A DNA stretch of 64,000 bases from an uncultured virus (IMG/VR IMGVR_UViG_3300043539_001111) (taxonomy: Duplodnaviria > Heunggongvirae > Uroviricota > Caudoviricetes): IMG/VR virus record IMGVR_UViG_3300043539_001111, positions 1-64,000 of that record. One strand, 5' to 3'. The notes beneath the pieces were generated by a model. The model ran no database searches. It saw nothing but the letters and a program-made list of their open reading frames with translations, and was not told where the DNA came from. Position numbers and translations under genes: made by a program. Positions 1 to 9,822 of the stretch are shown here, one piece after another. How positions within the stretch are numbered: position 1 is the first letter of the stretch; every line of letters starts with the position of its first letter.

Positions 1-151
1 AAAGAATATTAAATGGATAATGGGTGGAATCCGGGGTATTATGATAAATGGGAGAATTTTCACCCCTACGAAAAGAAGTGGTATTGTACTAACAACAAGA
101 TAATCCACCAATCAGAAAAAGAAAAAAATAATTGTAAACATTGTATAGAAT

Positions 152-409
152 ATGAAAACATACACAAAAGGAAACGTAATAGTTGAGGAGATTAAAGTTG
201 GTGATATTCATTATGAATATGAGTTGGGTGTTGGTATTAAATGTGAGGTAACAACATTACCAACATTAAATGAAACCGGTCAATACATTTGGGAAAGTAA
301 GAATCTGAAGACGGGTAATATTATCCAATATTTGGTTGACCCAAAATATTCACATTACTCAGCGAATCTATATGATTACGAAGCGTATAAAGTTAATACC
401 TATATATAA
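152..409 (+). CDS. hypothetical protein
   Basis: ORF track, 85 aa, in a run of + strand genes. Confidence 0.7.
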   Translation: MKTYTKGNVIVEEIKVGDIHYEYELGVGIKCEVTTLPTLNETGQYIWESKNLKTGNIIQYLVDPKYSHYSANLYDYEAYKVNTYI

Positions 410-410
410 G

Positions 411-584
411 ATGCAAAACACATTTACAATTGATGAAATTAGAAAGTATATCCTATCACAGGATAGCTTGGGGGATGTCCTATACAATTTAAGTGTCTCA
501 AAAATACTTGAGGCAAATGAACCGGAAGAGGAGGAAGAAGATGAGGATGATGAAGACGATTTTAATTTTGAAATAAGAATATGA
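411..584 (+). CDS. small acidic hypothetical protein (start moved to ATG 411)
   Basis: ATG directly after upstream stop; E/D-rich tail. Confidence 0.65.
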   Translation: MQNTFTIDEIRKYILSQDSLGDVLYNLSVSKILEANEPEEEEEDEDDEDDFNFEIRI

Positions 585-1147
585 AAGTAATATTTTTGGA
601 TAACGATGGTGTTATCTGTTTGGCGAATAATTGGGGGAGTCGTGCTAATAAACGAAAAAAAGATAAAATATCTTTGGTGATGAATGACCCTGATGTTGAG
701 GTGAAATATCGTTTTGATTATTTTGACAAAAAGGCAATCAAGGTATTGAATCAGGTATTAGAAGAAACCGGAGCAGAAATCGTTGTGTCTTCCGATTGGA
801 GATTATATGCCAATTTAGAAGAACTTGGTGAATATTACCTTTCAGAAGGAATCGTCAAAAAACCAATCGGTGTTACCAAACGTTATTTTGATTGTGATAG
901 TCCTGACGAATACGAATGGAATCGAAATGCAAAATATGAACAACAAAGATGTTTAGAGGTTAAACAATATTTAACCGACCACCCTGAAATTACACATTGG
1001 GTTTGTATTGATGATTTAACATTAGGTTTGGAATCAAATGGTTTGGAACAAAAGTGGGGTTTATCTAACTTTGTTCATACACCAAGAGATAATGAAGGAA
1101 TCAAACAATCAGGTGTTAAAGAAAAATTGTTGGAATACTTAAAATAA
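581..1147 (+). CDS. HAD-family phosphatase (Swiss-Army-Knife RNA-repair HAD-like)
   Basis: IFLDNDGV motif I, VVSSDWR, WVCIDD motif IV. Confidence 0.8.
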   Translation: MKVIFLDNDGVICLANNWGSRANKRKKDKISLVMNDPDVEVKYRFDYFDKKAIKVLNQVLEETGAEIVVSSDWRLYANLEELGEYYLSEGIVKKPIGVTKRYFDCDSPDEYEWNRNAKYEQQRCLEVKQYLTDHPEITHWVCIDDLTLGLESNGLEQKWGLSNFVHTPRDNEGIKQSGVKEKLLEYLK

Positions 1148-1207
1148 AGTAATAATTTATTTGGTTGGTATTATATTAATGATTACTTTTGTATAAAATA
1201 ATTAGAT

Positions 1208-1444
1208 ATGAAAAAAGAAGCTTTAACGATGTTCAAAAAAATATTTAGACCAAAATTATACGATAAGGAAATGCGTGAAAAATTATTGGAGTTATTTGAT
1301 GAGTTATTTGATGATGATAGTGAAATCAATGAGCGAATTGAAGTAATTAATGAATATAATGTTGATGATTTATTAGACAAAATAAATAAGTCCGGTGTAA
1401 AATCATTAACTACCGATGAATTAGATTTCCTTAATAATCAATAA
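1208..1444 (+). CDS. hypothetical protein
   Basis: ORF; C-terminal VDDLLDKINKSGVKSLT. Confidence 0.65.
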   Translation: MKKEALTMFKKIFRPKLYDKEMREKLLELFDELFDDDSEINERIEVINEYNVDDLLDKINKSGVKSLTTDELDFLNNQ

Positions 1445-1473
1445 AAAACCCCCTCGTTAAAGGGGGGTAATTT

Positions 1474-1746
1474 TTACTCTTGACTTGTAGCGTCTTTAAC
1501 TTTTTTCTTTGTTGCAGTGAATTTATCTACTGAAGATAATCCTAAACAACCAAAAGCTAATAATGCAACCGCGTCTACTAAATAAGGTGCCGGTGCAACG
1601 TCAACTGTTGAGAAACTATTGTGATACATAGTAATACAAAGTGTTATTGCACATAGAATACCAACAAATCTTTTTGATGATACTACACCATGTTCGTCAG
1701 TGAACAATCCTTTAATTCCCCCATAAATGCTTGAGAAAAAACCCAT
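1474..1746 (-). CDS. small two-TM membrane protein (holin-like)
   Basis: two hydrophobic segments, basic C-terminus. Confidence 0.6.
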   Translation of the reverse strand: MGFFSSIYGGIKGLFTDEHGVVSSKRFVGILCAITLCITMYHNSFSTVDVAPAPYLVDAVALLAFGCLGLSSVDKFTATKKKVKDATSQE

Positions 1747-1775
1747 AATTTTTAGTTTTAATAATTTATGGTAAA

Positions 1776-1910
1776 TTAACGTCCTTGACCCCTGTAGTTC
1801 TTTTCAGACCTGTCGTGTTTGTTTCTTGATTTTCTGTGTTTACCGGAAACTTTTTTCTTGTTAAAAGAAATTTTAGTACTTGAAGATGAACCTGATTTAG
1901 GTTTAGTCAT
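1776..1910 (-). CDS. 44-aa basic peptide ending YRGQGR (not in ORF track)
   Basis: manual translation MTKPKSGSSSSTKISFNKKKVSGKHRKSRNKHDRSEKNYRGQGR*. Confidence 0.7.
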   Translation of the reverse strand: MTKPKSGSSSSTKISFNKKKVSGKHRKSRNKHDRSEKNYRGQGR

Positions 1911-2046
1911 TTTGTTAAGGTTTTAATCGTTTATTTACTCAATTATAAATATCTGAAAAAATAAAAAAGGGGATGATAGCGAATCTCCCCTTTAATTTGT
2001 TACCATCACTGATAACGGTCCTAAACGTCCCCAATGACGGGGTATA

Positions 2047-2559
2047 TTATTTCTCCTTAACTAATACCAAACATCTTTTCAGATATTCTTTCGCTCTTGG
2101 AGATGGGTCTTTGTGCGCCAACACTTTTTCAATGTCTTTAACTAAATCTTCCCCGTGTTCGTTCTCTTTATAAAGTTCAATTACTTTATCCATGGCTTTA
2201 ATACAACCATTATTTGTTTCGTCGTGGAAATTTTTATTTCTAAATTTGTTTAAGTGATTCATTAAATTATAAGATAAATGTTCACCATTATCTTTAATGT
2301 TTGAATGTAAACGTAATGTTCTTAACATATCTAATGTATCAACCATTCCGTTAATACCACCATCACGTTTTAAAACACCTGATGCGTAATCACTAAAGTT
2401 ATCAGAAGGACCAACAAGTTCGTCTAGTGGCATTACATTTCCAGCAACACATCTTTGTTTTTCTTCTCTATTATCTTTTGCTCCGGTTTCAGATTGTTCC
2501 AACAAATGTTTTCTAACTGATTTACGAAGTTCGTTTTCGTTTATTTGTATTTTTTTCAT
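2047..2559 (-). CDS. hypothetical protein with putative head-protein N-terminal motif
   Basis: MKKIQINENELRKSVRKHLLEQ; TATTTAT motif upstream on - strand. Confidence 0.7.
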   Translation of the reverse strand: MKKIQINENELRKSVRKHLLEQSETGAKDNREEKQRCVAGNVMPLDELVGPSDNFSDYASGVLKRDGGINGMVDTLDMLRTLRLHSNIKDNGEHLSYNLMNHLNKFRNKNFHDETNNGCIKAMDKVIELYKENEHGEDLVKDIEKVLAHKDPSPRAKEYLKRCLVLVKEK

Positions 2560-2595
2560 AACAGAAATGTTTTTATACTATAAATATAAGGATAA

Positions 2596-2745
2596 CTATA
2601 ATTCTTCATCCTTTAATTCTATTATTTTTCGTTTAACTAACTCTAATGTTGAGTAAGCGACTAATTGTGATATTTCAAAATCGCCATCAGGGAACTTATT
2701 TTGTTCTTCCTCAACCCATTCTAATAATTTTTCGTAACATTCCAT
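2596..2745 (-). CDS. 49-aa hypothetical protein (not in ORF track)
   Basis: manual translation MECYEKLLEWVEEEQNKFPDG...KDEEL*; follows thioesterase. Confidence 0.55.
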   Translation of the reverse strand: MECYEKLLEWVEEEQNKFPDGDFEISQLVAYSTLELVKRKIIELKDEEL

Positions 2746-2749
2746 ATGA

Positions 2750-3154
2750 TTAAATTTTAGAGTCAATTAAGGTTTGTATTTTTTTTCTACCCTTATCACC
2801 AATTGGAATTGGGTTTCCCCCTTCATCAATCATAACAAATTTTATATTTGTTCTTAAAACAATAACCTGATTACCGGTATAAACATTATGTGCTCTGGCT
2901 TCCATATATAAAGTAACAGATGTTGTTCCTATTAAAGATGGTTCACCATAGATTTTAATTAATTGACCTTCTCTTGCAGGTTTTTCAAAAAAACATTTAT
3001 CAATAGCTACTGTGACCATTCTTGGTGTGTCACATAATTGCATTGAATATCCCGCAGCGGCAGCGTCAATCCACGCGAGTAATTTCCCACCAAAAAGATT
3101 TCCGTGAAATCCCAAGTCGGATTTTTTAATTGGGTGTGTGTTTAATAATTCCAT
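2750..3154 (-). CDS. acyl-CoA thioesterase (hotdog fold, YciA-like)
   Basis: DLGFHGNLFGGKLLAWIDAAA, VTVAID, FVMIDEGGNP. Confidence 0.85.
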   Translation of the reverse strand: MELLNTHPIKKSDLGFHGNLFGGKLLAWIDAAAAGYSMQLCDTPRMVTVAIDKCFFEKPAREGQLIKIYGEPSLIGTTSVTLYMEARAHNVYTGNQVIVLRTNIKFVMIDEGGNPIPIGDKGRKKIQTLIDSKI

Positions 3155-3219
3155 ATTTGAAATATAAGTAAAATTATAAACAAAAAAAACATTAATTGAT
3201 TATTAAAGTATTTATAGAT

Positions 3220-4179
3220 ATGTTAACAGAAAAACAACTAAATAGAATTAATAAACTATTATCAACCCGAACATTTAAGTTTAAAGGTCAAATAATTAAT
3301 GATTTACCGGAATCAATGAATTCGGATATAGATTATAAATTTAAAATTAATGGTTATAAAAAAATGACTAGCGTTGGTGAGGAGTATGATTACGCTTTAT
3401 TAAATGTTGTTATCACAGGACTAAATGATAGATTTAGTCAATTACTATTTACACCTGAAGACAATGAACAAGGTAAAATGATTGCTAAAAGTTTTGAAAA
3501 TAGATTATATAAATTCTATTCAGAATTAAATTTGGCGATGACTAATTTTTTACGTATCTTTGATGGAGATATTAGAACAACAATTGATAGTTTAACATTT
3601 GATGTTCCAAAACCAATAAATGAATCAAGAATGAGTAGATTAGCCATTAGAACTGTTGTAAGAGATATTGTTAATGTTTTAAAAAATACTAAAGCTGGTG
3701 ATTTTAGATTACCCGATGTTGAAGATGGTTCAGAATATCAATTTATTAATTTACCTTTTGGGTTTAATGTAGATTTATTTGTTAAAATTGATAATGACGC
3801 TCCAAAATATAAAATGAATGGACAAACCACAGATAATGATGTGATTCAAATTTTAGTAATAATCAACCCTAAAACATTAAAGAATGATTTTTATAATATA
3901 ATTGGTGAGTTGAATGAAATAGTCGCTCACGAATTAGAACACTTATATCAGGATTATAGAGGGGAACGTAAAACTAAAACTCCAACAAAAAATTCTTTTA
4001 AATATTATACTCAACCACGCGAAATAAAAGCTCAAAGAGCCGGTTTTAGACGTATCGCAAAATTAAGAAAATTACCATTTAATGATGTGGTTAGAGATTG
4101 GTTTGAAGACCATAAAGAAATTCACCAAATGAATGACAATGAAGTGGATAAAGTGATACAAATAATTATTAATGGCTAA
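3220..4179 (+). CDS. hypothetical protein with HExxH zinc-peptidase-like motif
   Basis: VAHELEHLYQ ... YYTQPREIKA. Confidence 0.6.
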   Translation: MLTEKQLNRINKLLSTRTFKFKGQIINDLPESMNSDIDYKFKINGYKKMTSVGEEYDYALLNVVITGLNDRFSQLLFTPEDNEQGKMIAKSFENRLYKFYSELNLAMTNFLRIFDGDIRTTIDSLTFDVPKPINESRMSRLAIRTVVRDIVNVLKNTKAGDFRLPDVEDGSEYQFINLPFGFNVDLFVKIDNDAPKYKMNGQTTDNDVIQILVIINPKTLKNDFYNIIGELNEIVAHELEHLYQDYRGERKTKTPTKNSFKYYTQPREIKAQRAGFRRIAKLRKLPFNDVVRDWFEDHKEIHQMNDNEVDKVIQIIING

Positions 4180-4954
4180 TAATACTCAAATAAAAGGTGT
4201 TATATCATATCTAATCCGATTAACTCATACCTCTGGTGCGTTTAGATTTAAATTTGTTAATGTTGATGTTTTTAAAAAAATTAAAGGGCAACAATCTTAC
4301 CCTGAAATCCATTATGACTTAGAAATTACCTCAAAACAATCGGACATACCTTATTTGTGGGATTTTTTCCATTGTAAATCAACACACATAGTACAAGATG
4401 GGTGTGAAATGGTTGGTCTTGATTGGAAAGATTTTTTTAATAAAGTTAAGGACATTTATTATAATGGTGAAAAAATAAATAGATACGGTGGAGATATCCC
4501 TCAGTCATTTATTAAGAAAGTATCAAAAGATATTGAAGAAAATACTCCAAAACAAATATCTACACACTTCTTCTGTGAAGGGAAAAGAAAAGAATTAAAA
4601 TTAAATATTAATGTTGAAGTTTCCGACATGTATATTGATGATGGTATTACCACAAATGTTTCCGTATATTGTAATCAAGTATTAGTTGATAATAAACCAT
4701 TAGAGAATATACCTAAAGACCTTGCAGAAACTATTGTTGGTTATATAAGTGAAGATGATAATCTTAGAAGTCCGTTAGATGGGATTGTTTGGGATGAAAT
4801 CACTCAGTATATGGATTTAGCCGATTGTGAGATATGGACCCATACCTACGCAAACATTAGAAACATCGGTGATACAGAAATTGAAGATTTTAACTATACC
4901 AATCATTCAACATTTTCAAGTAAATTATGTGATTTTATTTCCGGAGATTATTAA
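4172..4954 (+). CDS. hypothetical protein
   Basis: 260-aa ORF. Confidence 0.7.
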   Translation: MANNTQIKGVISYLIRLTHTSGAFRFKFVNVDVFKKIKGQQSYPEIHYDLEITSKQSDIPYLWDFFHCKSTHIVQDGCEMVGLDWKDFFNKVKDIYYNGEKINRYGGDIPQSFIKKVSKDIEENTPKQISTHFFCEGKRKELKLNINVEVSDMYIDDGITTNVSVYCNQVLVDNKPLENIPKDLAETIVGYISEDDNLRSPLDGIVWDEITQYMDLADCEIWTHTYANIRNIGDTEIEDFNYTNHSTFSSKLCDFISGDY

Positions 4955-5580
4955 TCTTTAAATCTTTTAATAAGTTTTGTTATTAAATCTCTTACAACAA
5001 TTCCTGATAAACTAACGATACCGCTACCAACAATTCTCAATGCGATTTCTTTTGCGTCAGAAACATTTATTTCATGACTTTTAACCATATTGAATAACAT
5101 AAGTAAAATTGGTACGATAAATGCGTATGACATCATTTTTGATACTTTAAAGAATGTGATGTTTAAACTTTCTAAAAATTTAAACAAAGTATCTTTTAAT
5201 TCGTTTGATTTTTTTAACCCAAGTTTAAATGCGTCGGATAAACCATCCTCTTTAATTTTTTGTAATATTTTTTCAATCTCTTTTTTGTTGTCCAAATAAT
5301 GTATCGAAATAATACCTGTTAATATTAAACTTAATTCAACCTCAGATATTTCAGGGTATCTACCTTGAATAAACTCCCCAATAGGTGCGATGAATCCTCC
5401 AATACTAGCACCCCAAGTTATAAGAAACTCAAGATTAAGTCCATAATCTTTCTTTACATCAGACAATACTTTTGCAGTGTATTCGTATCCTTCCTCAATG
5501 GATTTTCTAATATTGTCAACAATAGATTCTTTAAGAATTATTCTTTTTTGACTTTCATTTATTAATAATGTGGTTTTCAT
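4951..5580 (-). CDS. hypothetical protein with hydrophobic segments
   Basis: 209-aa ORF; N-terminal LLINESQKRIILKE motif. Confidence 0.7.
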   Translation of the reverse strand: MKTTLLINESQKRIILKESIVDNIRKSIEEGYEYTAKVLSDVKKDYGLNLEFLITWGASIGGFIAPIGEFIQGRYPEISEVELSLILTGIISIHYLDNKKEIEKILQKIKEDGLSDAFKLGLKKSNELKDTLFKFLESLNITFFKVSKMMSYAFIVPILLMLFNMVKSHEINVSDAKEIALRIVGSGIVSLSGIVVRDLITKLIKRFKD

Positions 5581-5630
5581 ACAATAATAAATACTTTAAA
5601 TATATTTATTGTTAAATAATTTTATTAAAT

Positions 5631-6212
5631 ATGATTAATCCGGAATTAAAAAAAGGTGATAGAATAATTTTATTACATATGTCAGGAGAAAGTTCTGTAC
5701 CTGATGGTACTCACGGGACGGTATATAGTGTTGATAAGGTATTCGGTGACGTACAATATGGTGTTGAATGGGATAATGGTAGTAAATTAGCGTTATTGTC
5801 TGACACAGATATGTGGGATAAAGAAGAAAGATTTAAAGTTAAGAAAAAAATCACTGAAGATAGAGATAAATTTATTATGGACAATATTGATTTGTTCAAA
5901 TATTTTAACATTAAATTTTTAAAAAAATACCTATTAATGGTTAGAGCTTCCGGTATAACAAATATGTATGGTGCCGGTCCATACCTATATATGGGTAGTG
6001 ATAGAATTAAACACGAATTTAAATACAAAGATGTTCCTAATGAAGACGCGTTTGAAGAAATGTTGGAACACTCTGACCAAGCTCAAGCAGAAATGATTAA
6101 CGGGGTTATAAACTATTTAAATGATAAGGGGATTGAAGAAGATATGTCTAGTATAAACAGATACCTACAGAGGTTATCAACCAAGATTATTCAAACATAT
6201 ACCCTTTTATAA
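5631..6212 (+). CDS. hypothetical protein (DUF4314-like N-terminus)
   Basis: GDRIILLHM..GTHGTV..VEWDNGSKLAL; VRASGITNM. Confidence 0.6.
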   Translation: MINPELKKGDRIILLHMSGESSVPDGTHGTVYSVDKVFGDVQYGVEWDNGSKLALLSDTDMWDKEERFKVKKKITEDRDKFIMDNIDLFKYFNIKFLKKYLLMVRASGITNMYGAGPYLYMGSDRIKHEFKYKDVPNEDAFEEMLEHSDQAQAEMINGVINYLNDKGIEEDMSSINRYLQRLSTKIIQTYTLL

Positions 6213-6247
6213 TACATAAACATATTTATATATAAAAACAAATTAAT

Positions 6248-6775
6248 ATGAAAAATTTATTTAATGATATTTCTCAAGATGAGAAAAATAGAATTTTAGA
6301 GATGCACTCAGCTAAAAAGAATATAATTTCTGAACAAAATCCACTATTAGGTGGAACACGTCGAACACCTACTCCAACACGACCAAATAGACCATCACAA
6401 AACCAAAGGGTAGCACCACCACAACCTATTAAAGAACTTAAAGTTGGTACAATAATTAATATCTATGATGACCCAACATTAACATCTCAACCGGTTGTTA
6501 GTGGTCCTGTTGAAAAAATGAGTAATAATGGTGTAAAGGGTGTTCGAATCGAATTATCAGATAGAATGGGTGTAGTTACATTTAAATGTGGGCAACCGTT
6601 CCTTGAGTTTTTTATTGAAGATAAACTTTCTGAAACAGATAAATTTTTTAATCCTGAATTGGTCCAAACATTAACTACACAATTTTGTACTAAAAATTCA
6701 AGTGGTATTATGGTACCAAAAGCGGCTTTTGCAATGAATAATCAATCAACAGATACTACAACAGGTATTGCTTAA
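6248..6775 (+). CDS. putative internal head protein, MKNLFNDISQDEKNRILEMH family
   Basis: N-terminus shared with 41492..41914. Confidence 0.65.
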   Translation: MKNLFNDISQDEKNRILEMHSAKKNIISEQNPLLGGTRRTPTPTRPNRPSQNQRVAPPQPIKELKVGTIINIYDDPTLTSQPVVSGPVEKMSNNGVKGVRIELSDRMGVVTFKCGQPFLEFFIEDKLSETDKFFNPELVQTLTTQFCTKNSSGIMVPKAAFAMNNQSTDTTTGIA

Positions 6776-6790
6776 TACAAAACAAACAAT

Positions 6791-7363
6791 ATGAACTCAT
6801 ATTTTTTTAAAATGACAAACGAGGAAAAAAATAACATCCTTGACCAACATAAAGAAGTTTATGATGGATACTTAACAAGTTATATTAAACCGTCAAATGA
6901 ACAACCATTATACACTCAAGACTTCGCTAACGATAAAGAAGGTCTTACAGTTAATAATAAAGGTGTTGTAACCGCTTATAAGAACATGAACATCAATGAG
7001 ATGAAACATGATGGTAAAAGTACCGGATTATTCTCTGATGAAGAAGAAGAGTATAATGAAGGGTATATTTCTGCTGGTACTGAATACGCACCGGAAGAAA
7101 GTTTTGAAGAAGTGGAAGAACAATTGGATATGATTGGTGATGGTGAATATGATTTACCTAATGGTACGGTAGATGTTGACGATGAATATGTATCCGATGA
7201 TGAATTTGAAATGTGTGAAGATGATGAATTTGAAATGAATCTTGACGATTTAATGGATTTAGGTGATGAGGAAAATGAAATCGAAGAAGAAGAAAAAGAA
7301 GAGATAATTAACAAGATTAATGAATCTTTAGATATGTTCAAAAGATTAAAAAAATATAATTAA
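6791..7363 (+). CDS. acidic hypothetical protein
   Basis: EEKNNILDQH motif; D/E-rich. Confidence 0.7.
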   Translation: MNSYFFKMTNEEKNNILDQHKEVYDGYLTSYIKPSNEQPLYTQDFANDKEGLTVNNKGVVTAYKNMNINEMKHDGKSTGLFSDEEEEYNEGYISAGTEYAPEESFEEVEEQLDMIGDGEYDLPNGTVDVDDEYVSDDEFEMCEDDEFEMNLDDLMDLGDEENEIEEEEKEEIINKINESLDMFKRLKKYN

Positions 7364-7425
7364 TTCTGGACTTTTAGAAAAATTGTGATATTTCTTTGTA
7401 ATAAACAATGTTAAATTAAACGATA

Positions 7426-7737
7426 ATGGAAATTAAAGAATTAGTATCTTATTACATAAATGAAACATCACACATGTTGGAAGTCACATTCCGAATTCTA
7501 ACGGATAATGATGATGAAATAAGAACAGACCAAATAGTTCTTGAAGAAATAGAAACTTTTGGTTATAATATATCAAACAATTTTAAAGAAGATTTTTATG
7601 ACGATGATGATGAAGAATTTGAAGATATGTTCGATGATTTTGAAGAAGAAGAATTAGATGAGGACGAGATTGTATCATTTTTAAATGAGTATTACTTAAT
7701 CTATCCAAAAAAATTACCTGAAGCTCAATTATTTTAA
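7426..7737 (+). CDS. acidic hypothetical protein
   Basis: ORF track. Confidence 0.7.
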   Translation: MEIKELVSYYINETSHMLEVTFRILTDNDDEIRTDQIVLEEIETFGYNISNNFKEDFYDDDDEEFEDMFDDFEEEELDEDEIVSFLNEYYLIYPKKLPEAQLF

Positions 7738-7769
7738 AACACAAACCCACCAATTAGGTGGGTTTTTTA

Positions 7770-8282
7770 TTATGGTCCAACTCGTGTTAGATGTAAGGTT
7801 ATGTTTGTGTTAGGACCATATGGTCCGTCAGGCCATTGTCCGGTGGTTCTAAGAGTCAAACTCTCCATAGAGTCATTGACAATTTTAAACATCCTTTTTG
7901 TCCCGTTATTCAATTCAAATTCAATATATCCTAAATCAGTATAATACCAATCATTATATATGTGATAAAAATATTGATATTGCCATAACACCTGACCATT
8001 GTTTAACCCAATTGGGCTAAATGAGATTACACTATAATCAAAATGCCATCTTGTTGCTCCAACAACAATCATATCCATTGGAAATGATTCGGTATTACTA
8101 ATAAAGGTGTCACCCGGTTGATAGACAACCAATTGTTGTGTTCCTGACGTATTTTCCGTTGATGTACGGGTAATTCTGTCTATAATGTATTCTCCACTTA
8201 AACTCAAGGTTTTTGGTTGGTCATAGACCTCACAGGACACTAATGTTAGTAATAATACTACAATTAAAATTATTTTTTTCAT
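7770..8282 (-). CDS. putative lipoprotein
   Basis: signal peptide with lipobox LVSC. Confidence 0.75.
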   Translation of the reverse strand: MKKIILIVVLLLTLVSCEVYDQPKTLSLSGEYIIDRITRTSTENTSGTQQLVVYQPGDTFISNTESFPMDMIVVGATRWHFDYSVISFSPIGLNNGQVLWQYQYFYHIYNDWYYTDLGYIEFELNNGTKRMFKIVNDSMESLTLRTTGQWPDGPYGPNTNITLHLTRVGP

Positions 8283-8345
8283 ATATTATGGTTTTATTTT
8301 ACAAATATACAACTTTTTTCCAAAACAAAAAATATTTATCAACAT

Positions 8346-8603
8346 ATGAGAACAGATATTGACCACATAATTAGTTTAATGAAGAGATATACAACGAGTG
8401 ATTCAAATGAAGAACTTGGTGAACAAGAAGAATCTCCTGCCGCTGCGGCACCCGCTGCTGGTGGAGGTGGTGGTGGAACAACTACAAACACCGGTAGAAA
8501 GTGGGAAACCGGATTAACAAGAGGTAAAGCCAATAAATTAGGTTTAGCCGGTGAAAAATGGGAGACAGGTCTTACAAGAGGTCACGCAAATCCGGTACCT
8601 TAA
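8346..8603 (+). CDS. small protein with duplicated KWETGLTRG motif
   Basis: two copies of KWETGLTRGxAN. Confidence 0.7.
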   Translation: MRTDIDHIISLMKRYTTSDSNEELGEQEESPAAAAPAAGGGGGGTTTNTGRKWETGLTRGKANKLGLAGEKWETGLTRGHANPVP

Positions 8604-8634
8604 AAAAAAAATAATTCACCGATATTTATTAACT

Positions 8635-9816
8635 ATGAATTCAACTTATACTATAACCGAAGGGAATGATGCTTTAAATAGAGTACTTCTTATGATGCGT
8701 TATGATTCGACAAAAACATTATCGGAACAGAAAAAATTTACAGACCAAGATATTAAAAAACTTAAAAATGATGAGTTTGAAAATAATACTCGTAAATATG
8801 TAGATAAAACAGCGGTTTCATTTAGAGGTCCGGATGGTAAAAAAATATCAACAGCCACGTTTCCAAAAATGACTAAAAAAATAGATTCTAAAACATTTTC
8901 AGAATGGTTGTTAGAAGTACGTGAATTTTTTTTCACACCTGAAGGAGCAACATTACAAGTTGTGTTATCTATTGCGGGTGCCGAAATCGGTGCACCAATA
9001 TTGTTTATGATTTTAGATGGTGCAATTATTATTAATGACGCTTATATGATGGTGAGAGATTGGGATAATAATGGGCCTAAAATGCCTGAGTACCCGGTCA
9101 CAATGATTCCAAATCCTTCGATTACTGGATTATATAGTAAACAATTATGGGAATGGTTTAAGTTTCATTTTACAACAAATATTGGGTTTCAAAATCTTAT
9201 TGTAGACATTGGAGCTATTTTATTGGGGCAAGGAATTTTTAAATTAGGTAAAGCCACTCTTAAATCCGCTAGTAAAATGTTTAAATTATTGATAGAAAAA
9301 TTCGGCCCTAATTTTATGAAAAAATTTGTATCTTTTCTTGAAAAATTTAAACCAAAAACTGATGGATTACCTAAAGAATTAGGAAGTTGGGTTGATAAAA
9401 AATATTCTGAAATAACCAAAGCAATTGAGTTGTGGAAAACCCCAAGTAAAGCGGTTAAAACTGTTGTAAACCCACTAAGACTATCATTAGCGGGAGTCTC
9501 AGGTGCTGGAACATATAAATTAGTGAAATGGTTTGAATCAAAAAGTGATGCTATTGCTAAATTTTTTGAAAGTAATCCAGAAAAAGATTCAGCATTAGTA
9601 TCAAGTGATTTGGAAAATTTTACAGATAAAGATTTACTTAACACCATATTAGATGAAAACCCTAAATTGTTTAAGTCTGCTTTTAAACCAAAAACGTTTA
9701 AAATTATTATGGTTAAAAAAAATAACAAAATGTATCCTCAGTATTATATAATTGATGGTGTTAAGTATTCCCCTGTGGACTTAACTAAAGGTTTGGAAGT
9801 TAAAATGATAAAATAA
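8635..9816 (+). CDS. hypothetical virion-associated protein (start moved to ATG 8635)
   Basis: TATTTAT upstream; N-terminus similar to 13584..14195. Confidence 0.7.
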   Translation: MNSTYTITEGNDALNRVLLMMRYDSTKTLSEQKKFTDQDIKKLKNDEFENNTRKYVDKTAVSFRGPDGKKISTATFPKMTKKIDSKTFSEWLLEVREFFFTPEGATLQVVLSIAGAEIGAPILFMILDGAIIINDAYMMVRDWDNNGPKMPEYPVTMIPNPSITGLYSKQLWEWFKFHFTTNIGFQNLIVDIGAILLGQGIFKLGKATLKSASKMFKLLIEKFGPNFMKKFVSFLEKFKPKTDGLPKELGSWVDKKYSEITKAIELWKTPSKAVKTVVNPLRLSLAGVSGAGTYKLVKWFESKSDAIAKFFESNPEKDSALVSSDLENFTDKDLLNTILDENPKLFKSAFKPKTFKIIMVKKNNKMYPQYYIIDGVKYSPVDLTKGLEVKMIK

Positions 9817-9822
9817 ATAAAA

